Shown: positions 51,048 to 62,199 of the stretch, piece after piece
Layout of the letters: every line of letters starts with the position of its first letter
Numbering within the stretch: position 1 is the first letter of the stretch
Origin: Macrostomum lignano
Taxonomy: Eukaryota
DNA length: 64,000 bases
Direction: 5' to 3'
Assembly (NCBI GenBank): GCA_002269645.1
Contig: NIVC01002935.1
Coordinates: forward strand, 62,001-126,000
Made by a program: the position numbers and the translations under genes
Notes under the pieces: generated by a model
The model's input: only the letters and a program-made list of their open reading frames with translations
Told to the model about the DNA's origin: nothing
The model's database searches: none

Positions 51048-54000
51048 CTGTAAGATTTAGGCAGATAAGCAAAACAAACAATTAATTAAGTTGCTCCTAG
51101 GGTAAAAATGCAAAAATACAATATAAAATATACTAAAGATAAAAGACGTAACGCTATTTTGCTGTTGTCCAAATTGTCGTTGTTAATAGCGTTTACTTTA
51201 GAGCTACATGTATACTCAGCAACCTCGAAAAGTCGCAAACATAGAAGATTCCGTCTGTGGTCGCCACTTTTGAGAGTGCAGGTAAAGTCTCTCAATCTTA
51301 GCGAGTGACGCAACTTAGCTGAGGAATGGAGGGTTCAACGGAAGTCAGAGTTTAAGGCAATGAAGTGGGGGGAGCGGTGTGCGAGGCTTGGACGGATTAA
51401 AGCTACCCCGATCAGCTTTCTCGTATCTTTTATTTCAGAATAGTCCAAGAGAAATTGCTCACTGGCGCATAGAGTGGCCACTTTTCAATGTTGCAGAGTA
51501 TAGATACCGAATTTCAGCAACTTTAATACAAGTAATAATTGTGATTAAGCAGATTTTCCATCATAAACTCATTTCTGTCGTGCATGTATATTATTTCTAT
51601 TATAAAACCTAGCTATAGCTTATGAGATCCGCTTTGTAAAAGCGCCTCCTACTTATATAAACCTTACTAGGCAAGGAGGACTGAGCAGTAAGGAGTGTGA
51701 GGGAAGAGATGAAGAGTATTCAGGGTGTCCACCGGGTCTCAAGTTTTGCTTCATACTAAACATGCATGCATCGTAACTGAACTGCTTTCGCCAACCATTG
51801 TGGACATTTACTTTCTACACTTGAGGAGTTGCTGTCAAGGATGGGGTTTCTTCCTTATCCATCATACATTTTATTTTCTAGATAGTTTACCGGTATTTGA
51901 TTTGCAAAAAAGTATGCATAAACAAGCAAGAAAATATTGCTGGTCAAGATTAGTTTACATTCAGAGTCAAAGTATGTCCCAATTTTTTGTTAAATCAGAC
52001 ACTCTTGCAGTATAATTGCACCCCGTTCTCCAGGTTTGCTGATTAAGTCACCCCAATGCGTCTCGTTCCTGTTTTTTTATGCTTACTTGAATCACCCCTG
52101 CATGCGTGCGAGATATGCCTTAGCTGGTTGGTTTGAGATCTGTTTTTGTGTTGTTGAACCCTCCCTTAATTGTCACCTTGCTTGTTGTGCGATGATTGGC
52201 TTACTTTTCTCTTATTTTGCGCAGTGATTGGCTGGTGGGGGTTGGGCTCTAAGCCTGCTTTTCCTATGGTTGCTGTGGTTTACTTATTTAAGCACGGTGT
52301 CGCTTGCCCATTCTCTCGCTCGCGTGAGCTTAATTTTTTTCAACTAGCTAACTATATCTATAAGAAATTTCTAACACATCGGTTGAGTCGGCAGGCCGGG
52401 TTTCGAGGACTAGATCCAGCTCATCATTGCCTTCTTTTATTCGACTGTCACAGGAAGTTGAAAGGTCCGTATGGTCCTGATGCTTGTAGTGCTCAAGCGA
52501 TAATCCAATATATATGTACATCAACCTTGCGTACAGTGCATACTGGTGGTTCAGTGACCTAGAAGAAATGCTCATCACTATTACTACATAGAAAAAATTT
52601 ATTAAATTTATCGAAAAAGCTTACCTTTACACTTGGTTGGCTCCAGGAGGTTTAGGTGAATGGCAAACTTGATAAACTGGCCAGGTCGATAGACAGCATT
52701 TAGATTCACATCTGCATCATCAAATATGATATCAAAGACCTGTACTTTCATTTTTAGCTGTCCTCTAGATGCTTAAATGAATGAGTTTTGTAGTTATTTA
52801 TTCGGAGAGCTTATCAACTATTTTTTTAGTTTAAAAGGATAGGAAAAATATACTAAAAAACAATTGAATACAGACACCAATAACATCTATTTTTGAATAA
52901 AATGCTTCAAAATAGTACTTATACTGCTATAGTTTGTAGTATATTGTGTATATACTAGTAGCATTCATTAATCTTGAATATCCTAAATTCATCAAGTTCA
53001 TGTTTTATAGTTTTTATATATATTATATATAGTATTATACTACTTGCTTAGCTCTTAATCATGATTGGCTTTAAATATAAATTAAAATATGTCAAGCATA
53101 TTTAGGGTGCTTAACTCTATCAATAAATTAACAAAAATATTCTAAAAGGCATAATTGCTATTACACAGACATTTTATATTTGACAAAAATTATCTTTAGT
53201 TACCTAGTTTAAACAAATAAAATATAATTGTATTCTTATAACACTAAATGAACTATTTTACTATGATAAAAACAAATTTATCTTGTTAGCTCATATATTT
53301 AGGAGCAAATTCACCTGAATTCATTTATATAGTTCACTTTTATACTGGATAAAAAGTAAAAACATTAAATACTGTCAGAAATTTTACACAATACACTACA
53401 AAGTGTAAGTATACTATAGTCTAGAAATAATAATTACTATCTAATGTATACAACACCATAATATGTATATCTAGGTCTATGCTATGTTATAAGTAAAGTA
53501 AAAGTTATATTATTAAATGAAAAATGGATGATTTAGCCTTTCAAAAAGTGTTCTTATATTTACCATGATTAATATTATTATTAATATATAATATGTAAAA
53601 ACTACAATTACTAAGTACTAGTTAAGCAGCTAAAACTGTCCAGTGTCCTAGTGCATACCAAAATAAATATAACTTGTCATCATAAATACAAAAAAAATAT
53701 AATTATATGCTTTTTGAGTGATTTTAGCATAAGTTTTGCTCTAAATCTAAAATTCGCTGGGGAAACTACCACTAACCCTTCTCAATCAAAGAAACGCTTC
53801 GCCGCCACAGCCCATGGATCAAACAGCCTTGTTCAACAGCTGACTCATGCGAATAAGATTTAAAAGGGAATAAACAGTTTTTTTCGAGGGGTGAGAGAGC
53901 TCAACTAAAAATTAAAATCTATTCAAACTATAAATCATAATGATACTTTTTAGCGTTTGTACAAATATAACATATATGAAGTCACCATGCTAAAATTAGC

Positions 54001-54861
54001 CTTAATTTTTGTTTAAATGTAGACATTTCAAAATTTTAGTACGGTTCATGGGATCTACTCTGTATTCTACAAACAGTAGTTAACATATTCTTGATTCTGA
54101 TTCTAGAACAAGAACCACTATGCAAAATATAAATTTGTTTTTGCTACTAGAACTAGAGTATAAGGTACGTACAGGGTACAGCGTATGGACGTTAAATTTT
54201 GGATATTAATTTCAAGCATTCCGTTGTGACGAATTTAATCTGGCAGTCCTTGGCAGAACAAGACCGAACAAGACCGAAGAAAAATGAAAGTATAGCGCAG
54301 TCCAATATTCAATTGAATTGATATATTTTGCTTGCTTAGTTGGCCAAGTTTTTTTTATTTGTTTTTGAGTAGCGACGAAAAACGAACAGTTAATATAAAA
54401 CGATAGATGATACAGCGAATTGTAATTGGCTGAGTGTTACGATGGGCGCTGGGCAAATTATTGATTTGTTAAAAATTCATCACTTGCTGACATATAAAAG
54501 CCGATTCAATGAATGTACTCGTACACAGAATTCATACAAAATATGATACACTTACGTAGTAGTCTACTGATAGTAAAAATGATAGTAAAACAATGAAGTT
54601 TTCCACAAGTCCCCCGTCACACCGTCATCACCCCGACGTCGAGAGAGTTAATAGCTGAGAACTTCTAATAGTTGAGGTTTGTTCTTTGTTGAAGTTTGTT
54701 CAGCCGACATAAAATTCGCCTCATGGTGTCCATTAGTCGCATCTGGGGCCACCTGTTGGACGTCCGGATCCGGGAAGCTCCCGCCTGGGTGAAAGACAAG
54801 TGACCAATAAAGTCAGATCGATCGAGCTGATCGAGGCATGCGGTCGCGATACGCTAGCGCT

Positions 54862-55055
54862 CAGTGGCGCAGCCAGGAAATTATTTCGGGAGGGCCCATT
54901 CAGCACCCGGAGGAGGGGTTATAGGGGGCGGGGATTTTTCTCTGGAACTAATTCAGGAAGAGGAGTAATTTTTCTCCGGAATTTTTTTGGGGGAGGGGGG
55001 TAAATAATTGCGAGGGGCAGGCTCCCCGGCTCCTCCCTCCCTGGCTGCGCTACTG
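54862..55055. mobile_element. hAT-type MITE (194 bp)
   Basis: TIR CAGTGGCGCAGCCAGG / CCTGGCTGCGCTACTG (1 mismatch); 8 bp TSD CTAGCGCT / CTAGCACT. Confidence 0.85.
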
Positions 55056-55299
55056 CTAGCACTAAAGGGAGTTTAGCCAGTGTTCTTAAATTTTGTGTGT
55101 ATTGTCACATATGTCACTTCGATCGTTTCAGTGCGGCAAAGAAATCCGTTATCTTGAGTGTTTGACGGCCGCGGAAAAATGGCTCAGTTATTCGACCTAT
55201 TGTTAAAAGCCATGCTGAGATACAAAAAAATTTGCAATTATTTTTATTTGCCATTTGCCATCGAGCACTTCGAATACGTCGGCAATTTTAGAAATGTTG

Positions 55300-58190
55300 A
55301 CTTAGCTTGACTTAGCTGCAACCGGGCTCCGTGCGTCCGGAAACAGCGAGGAGGCGTTGCCGCGCATTTCGCTAACCCCTGGAGACCACGGGCAGCTATA
55401 GTGCTGCGGTGTCATGCAGGGAGTTCCGGTGGTGCCGGTGTCCACAGCTCGGTCCCCCTCCGGAGAGTCCAGGAGGTGGATTGTCGCTCGCCTGTAGCCC
55501 TTAGGTAGCGCAAGAGCTGGCAGAGATTCTCGGGCCTGAAAACGTCGGAGAGGTCCGGGTTTGGGCCGAGGTAGGTGAGCCTGTCCTGAGTAAAGGCGGG
55601 GCATTCACAGATAAAGTGCTCCGCATTCTCGACACTGGAGAGGGAGAATGGGCATTCCTCACTGCGATTTTTTCCCTGGAGGTGACGATGCCTGGCAAAA
55701 CAGCCATGACCCGAGAGGGCCATGGTCACCGTGAGGTCCCTGCGGTTGAGTCCAAGCAGGGCCCTGCGCAGGGCGGAGGAAGGACAGGGGACAGCCGCGC
55801 GGGATTGCCGGCAGTCGGGGGCGTTAGCCCACCTCTCCCTGTGCTTAGAAGCCAGGGAGTTGGCCAGGCAATCGGCCAAAACTCGTTGCCGGGGTGGCCC
55901 GAATGCCCAGGGATCCACCTTAGGGACACCTTGTTAGAGGCGCCTAAGCGGTTGAGCTGCCCGATGCAGTCGAGGACTGTACGCGAGCAGGTGGTGGTGC
56001 GCTCAAGGGCGTGAATCGCCGCTTGACTGTCCGAGTGGAGGGTAATCTCCTTCCCCCAGATGCGTTGATTGTACAGCTCCATGGTGCAGGAGCTAATGGC
56101 GAGAATTTCGTTCTGGAAGACGGTGAAGCAGGTGCCGGTGTGTTGGGAGAAGGTCGCCACAGTTCTCCCTCCAGACACGATGCCGTAGCCGTAGCCAGAG
56201 GCGGAGTTGATTTGGGACCCGTCAGTGAAGCAGTGGATTTCATGGGGTTTCCAGTTGTCTCTTTCTGGAATGGACGTGGTGGAATGCTGGTTTTGAATTT
56301 GAGCGGAGGGCATGCGCAGAGCGTGGACGGGATTCCGTCCGAGAGGGTCAGCAGGCCTCTCGCTGCTTCCAGGTCTCGCAGGCTGAGGTCGCCATGCGGC
56401 CGGAGGTTCCGCTTTCTGAAGGTGAACTGCTTCTGGATATCCGCGTCAAGCAGACGGCGGGTGGTTTTCATTGCCTCCCCTCTAACAAAGAGGTCGAGGG
56501 GGGGAATGTCCAAGAAGGAGTTCATGCCAGCGAAGGGCGTAGAGGGAGCCGCGCTCATGATAGCTCGACAAGTGCGGCCTTGCACCCTATTTAGAACCTC
56601 AAAAACCCCTTTCACCTCTAGGGCACTGTTCCAAATGAAGCCGGAGAAGGAGATGGCCGGTCTAACAATGGCAGTGTAAATCCACCAGAGGCGGCGGGGG
56701 TGAGGCCCCAGGTAGCGCCGAAAGCTCTGCGGATCAGCGCGAGAGTCGCGAGAGCTTTGCGGGCTTTGGTTTGGACGTGCGGGGTTCAGCTCAACCTGAC
56801 CTGTGGTCGAGGGTGACGCCCAGACATCTGGTTTGTTTCTCCATGGCAACGGGTTTGTCATTGAGGGAGAGCGGTTCAATCCTCCAGTTTCGGCGGCTGG
56901 TGAACATGATTGCCACGGTTTTAGACTCAGAGAACCTGAGACTGCAGCTATGTGCGCGGTGGATGAAGGCTTGAAGGAGGTCCCTGAGGACCGCGGGTGA
57001 TGGTCCAGCCACAGTGGCAGTAACATCGTCCGCATAGCCGACCTTCATAACAGGGTCCGGATGCGGGCTGCAAAGCAGCTCGTCCATGACTAAATTCCAG
57101 AGAATCAGGCTGAGGACTCCACCTTGCGGTCCGCCTTTCTGGACTTCCACGGAGCGTGAGTCTCCCAAGGAGGTGCGAGGTGGCAGTACGATGGGAGACC
57201 ATGTACATGATCCAGCGGGTAAGGTGCTCATGCGTGCCCTGGGATTCCAGGGCCCGCTTAAAGGCTTCAAAGAGCACATTATTGAACACACCATCAAAGT
57301 CGAGGAAAAGCGACAGCGCGTATCCACTGCCAAGCACGGCGCGCTCCAGCTTGTCGACAATGGCGTGAAGCGCACTTTCGATGGAACGTCCAGGACGAAA
57401 GGCGTGCTGATTAGGGGAGAGCGGGGAGTTCCTCAGCTCTACGAGGAGGCGCCAGAGCACCAGCTGTTTCATCAGTTTGAAAAAGAAAGACGTCTCAGAC
57501 TGATAGGGCGGTAAGCTTTGGCGGAGTGATAGTCTCCCTTCCCTGGCTTGGGTATGAAGACTACCGTGGCCTCTTGCCAGGCTTTTGGCACGTACCCGAG
57601 GGTAATGCTGGCCTTGAAGAGGTTGCAGAGGAGGCCATTTTTAACTGCCTCATGAAGGAAGGCAGGATAAATCTTGTCAGGTCCCGTTTACTTGAAAGGA
57701 GAGAATGATTTTGCGGAGCGAGCCGTCCTCTCTCTAGTAATGATGGTCGAAGCCAGGATCTGTCCGCCCGGAGAGTGGTCCAGTGGGCCTAGCTGCGGTG
57801 CGGCACGTGGGAAAGAGCTGGTGAGAGCATGATGTCCAGCCGAAGGCTTTCAGCAGCTCGAGGAGCTGTTGCCTAGACTGGCTGTCGGCGGGCTGGATAT
57901 GAAGGGCTTGGTCCTCGAATTTCGTCTTTTGGACTTGAATAGCGGTACCGCTCAAGGCCATCTTGACCAGGTGGGAGTCCAACCTGCGCCAGATAAGGTT
58001 GAGCTGTTCGGCCGTAAGAGGCGTCTCCCGGCCTTGGATGATCAGGGCCGGCTGCCTCTTGGCCATAGCCGCATAAGTGCGCTTTGGTGGTTTGGCCAGC
58101 ACTCCCCCCCCCTGCTTTGGATCCCTCCATGGCCGTGAGAGCTTCCACACGAGCAGAGGTCCGCACCAGCAGCTTTGGCAGCACCAATTG
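55300..58190 (-). mobile_element. Degraded non-LTR retrotransposon with RNase H (LOA/R1-like, I group), 5'-truncated and lacking the endonuclease
   Basis: RT motifs across frameshifts (AYRPISLTS, NQHAFRPGRS, LFLDF, GGPQGGVLS, GYADD, LGVTLD); RNase H ([24 protein letters not shown]); C-terminal GHG...EHFICECP. 11 bp TSD TAGAAATGTTG at 55289-55299 and 58191-58201. 3' tail is a short tandem of TAAGTCAAGC. Confidence 0.88.
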
Positions 58191-60481
58191 TAGAAATGTT
58201 GCAAAGGGTGCATGTACGGACGTACTAGCTAGTACACGTACTGTAAGACAGCCCACTGGGCGCTTCTATAGTTCTGGCGCCTCTGATGCTTTGGTGCGTG
58301 TCAGTGAAATTGCGCCTTAAAAGGCGTGGTCCTCCGACCCAATAAAAAGTATTTGGTTACAGCTAATTTACAGCCAGCAACCAGGCGTTCAGTATACGCG
58401 GGCTACACGTACATGTATATATATATACATGTACTTAAATAAAAATGTTGAAACTATAAAAACAAATTGCTTAAATGCGGGCCACCGAACCCAGGCATAC
58501 AGCGTGTATACCGAAACAGCTTCGGAAGTTATGTTTTTTCTTCGAGTTATACAATTAAGTGTATGCATGTAAATGTGTTGAGTCTCAATGAACTCAGATT
58601 TATTAGATTTATGTAGCGAGAATAGGCACGTGAAGAGCAGGTGAACTTATAAATTAGTGTACATACATGTACATGTAGCTCACAGTTTGAAAAGCCCGAT
58701 ATTACGTTATGAATCTGCGCGTCAGACAGCTCGAATGCTATATAGACAATCAAATACTTGGAGTCAATGTACAACCGCGCATTGAAAAGCCATATTCACA
58801 ATGTCTATATGTACATATTCTACATATTCATGTAAATGGGATTTTGTTTTTTGACTCATGTCTCATCTATAAACGTTATAAAAATTATACCGATGTATAC
58901 AGTATATTAATGAATGCAAATTTTAGAGGCAATATCATGTACATGGATGTAGACTGTCCAAAAAAGGTCATAAAAATTCAAGATATATAGTGTCACACCA
59001 TAACCTGTAAAAGGTTCAGTGTTAAACTGCTTAACTATGTATACTACGCAAAACGAGGTGAGGTTATTTGAAAAAAATTCAAGAGAAGACGATTAAATTT
59101 CTTGGGGTAGAAAACAATGATGACAGCTGCTAAGCCGCATGACTTGAGAAGAAAACGAGCTTTGTAGCTATGGCTTCCAAAATGTGTATTGAATTTTGGG
59201 GGTACCGGTAATTAGTTCAGTTGAATGCCACAATAAATAAATGAGCTGAGAGAATAAGTCCTAGAATTCCAATGTGATAATGATTAGGGCTTATACTCGT
59301 ACAATCGTATTTAGCGAATTTGAGCGAGCGCATTACTGATGCAGGCCTATAATGCTCGGCGTATTAATCAGTTTAAGCAATTGCAAAATCAAATATAATG
59401 ACGCTCTGAACATTCAAAGCTACGCGCATTTTAATTCTACATATAATACGCAGCATACTACTCGTATTGATATTCAATTGTACGAGCGTATTTACCATGC
59501 GCATACCTTTTTAAAAACAGCTCATCCGGATATCGCGCAAGCAAATTAGGACTACTTCAAATTCAACCAACCAAAAAATGAAGTACTAGAAGAATGAAAT
59601 GTTCATCATCATTCACAAAACACTTGATAAGACAGCGTAAGAAACATTTTCACAGACAGGTAAAAATTGAAATTACGCTTTAATGCGTAATCACAATAAA
59701 AAAAAACAAAAAAAATTGCATACACGAAATCAAACTTTATTGCAATAACAATAATTTTAGCGCATTCAATATTTGCATGGACAGTGGATGCACTACAAAC
59801 GATAACGCATACGAGATTGCTGTATGTCTAAAAATCCATTCATAATCTATTTTCTTGTTCGCATAGATATTATTTAGAGGTCTGAGGTTAACATTAAATT
59901 TAAGGGTGTTTCAAAAAATTAACAAACTGCATTTTGGAACAAAAGCACACGCGAACAATTACATTAATTGACTGAAGTCTCTTGTTAGGAACAGAAAATT
60001 CGCTCTAACACACGTCGAACTCTGCACTTTAACTTATGCACTGTTTTAATTTTAAATTTTGTTCCTGTTGTGTAACCGTGCGTTTCATCCTCACGTGGTC
60101 ACAAGTTTGGTGGTGTGGATACAAAATCTTATTAAATTAGAACGATTAAGTGTAAGTGTAATACGAATTTAAGCGGTATATTAGGTAATTTTGAACAGAG
60201 GGCCGTAAGCATCTTAATGGCCGGTTTGACACACTTTTTACCATAGACAACTAGCAGTGAGGCTCAAAATACATGTGTTTTTGCTATCTTGCATTAAATT
60301 GCTTTCTCGTAGTCTTTACTAGCTTGCAAAATGCTATATTTGAAACAATTCGACTTCCTTAAAGGTAACGAGGGGCAAAAGCTTCATGTTTGATATGGTG
60401 GATTGATTTGAAAGCGAAAATATTTTACTACTCTTGAATGCAATAACCACTAAATTCACCAAATCCAATTATTAAATGAAT

Positions 60482-61866
60482 TCATTCGTGTTGTTCAGCT
60501 TGCAACTCAGAGCATCGCTTCTCAACCAGCTCTAACTTCGCTTTCTCCAGAGGGTGAATCGGCTTGCGAACGACTTGACACATCCTCCTGTGTGCTGCTC
60601 TCAGTGCCTTCGGATCCCGGCAGAACTCGCAAAAGGCGTACAGCTCCTCAAAGTCAGGATCAAGCTGAAGTTCAGAGAACCAGTCTGAAACTGAAAATAG
60701 GTTTGGCAGGGCAACAGCGCTCAGGCATTTCAGCAGAGCATTGAAGTTCATGTAGAAAAAAAGCTTGAAGTCGGGCATCTCGGCAGGAAAGAGTCGTCGC
60801 AGTCTGTCGGGCAGGAAGGTGAACACTGGGAGAGTCTTGGCTGCGAAAACAAAGCGCCACGCGGCATCAGTCTCTTGCAAATGCTGCCAGATCAATAACT
60901 TGGCCTCTTGGGCATCTGAACAGACAGTGAATGGCACGAAGCGAGATGCTCGATGCTCCAGTGAATCTTTTAGAACTTCCGTTACAGAGTCGTGTTTCCC
61001 AAACTTCCACAAAGCCAAAGCTGTCAGGCAAACCCTAGCACTGTATGCGTGATCCGGAATTCTAGCGATGTCTCTCAGATACTGCTCAAGCGGCAAGTCC
61101 TGTTCCACCAGCTCCATTAGCGTAACATAAATGTAGTCGTACAGCCTGTGGTACTTTGCAATGTCGTCCGGTTTGACTGTCTCTATACCAATCTCCGACA
61201 GCAAGAAAGGATGGAAGTAGAAATTATCGGAATCCAGTGGCTTTAGCACGGATCTTACATAACTTTGCAGATGCAGCTGTAAGTTCTGCCTCATCTCGAT
61301 AGCTGCTCGCCGAATCTGCTGCTTACGGTGTCCCTCTGAGTCCGCACCTTTAATAAACAACGGCCCGTCCTTCAAAAAGAAGTGTGGCATCAGTACATCC
61401 GGGCGTTCAATGGAATCGAGAAGTTCCACCAGTAAATCCATGGATTTTTCTGTCAAGTGAAACAAGTTTTCGCTAGACCAGATGGACTCGTCCTCGCGAC
61501 CAATCATAAAGAAGGTTAACGTCTTGGCGTGATAGGACTTTAGACCTGCAACTCCCAGCTTTTTTGCCATCACTTTCTTAATAAGGTACTTAAGCAGGAC
61601 AAATAGCCGTCCCTGTGTGTCGTTAAACTGGCGAATAAATCGTTTCTCGAGAAAACTGTAACTAGCCCTGTACTCATTTTTGTGTCCTGGCCGGGTAGCG
61701 ACAACCAGGTGAATTTCGGTTTCTTTGCTTAACTCGTCGCGAATATTTGGCGGCAGTCTGCCTAGGAAATCAGCTGGCTCGGGAAAGCAGCAACATGGAA
61801 ATGCGGTGCAAAAGTCTGCCGCGGGTCGCGCACCGGTAGCTCGGTCCGAATGGGCTGGCTGATTGC
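60482..61866 (-). CDS. cGAS/Mab-21-like nucleotidyltransferase (cGLR), large 3' exon of 460 codons
   Basis: The frame stays open 97 codons upstream of the listed ORF to an acceptor tttatccag|GC: ADFCTAFPC...EIHLVV...EYRASYSFLEKRFI...RLFVLLKYLIK...LKSYHAKTLTFF...W..ENL...LMPHFF. These match Mab-21 family motifs DLVPA, HLV, WR.SFS..E, LLK, SYH.KT and LPH+F. Confidence 0.85.
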
Positions 61867-62199
61867 CTGGATAAATTTTAAATGATAGTTATAAATATAT
61901 CATTCTCTTTATGCTTTCCTAGACATGTAAGTGTTGCTGTCATAGATAGTGCCTGAACTAAAATCACAATAAAGTGAAGGTATAGAGCTGTAAGAACAAG
62001 CGAAAACGAGAAATTGGCTTAAGGCGTAGACCAACTCTTGGCTGCCCAGGGCGCCAAGGCATTCACTTATATATTATCATTGTACAGCGAGCAAATGTAC
62101 ATAAGAGCTAGTGAACGTGCGCACACGCAATCAACTAAGCAAACCATCTTACAGAGCGATAGAGTCCTACAGTGACAAAGCGGTTTCTCGTCAGCCTAG

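Noticed and set aside
54700-54840. GC-rich structured segment as an HDV-like or hammerhead ribozyme
   Set aside because: I could not assemble the required pseudoknot or the CUGAUGA/GAAA core with flanking stems; other CTGATGA sites in the window also lack stem II.
58408-58435. Perfect palindrome GTACATGTATATATATATACATGTAC
   Set aside because: Mostly a (TA)n microsatellite with common GTACAT flanks.
42841-60250. Scattered CCATAGAC motifs (about 42852, 44355, 50436, 60241) as extra copies of the Crypton-like site
   Set aside because: Single 8-mers in unrelated contexts without hairpins; compatible with chance.
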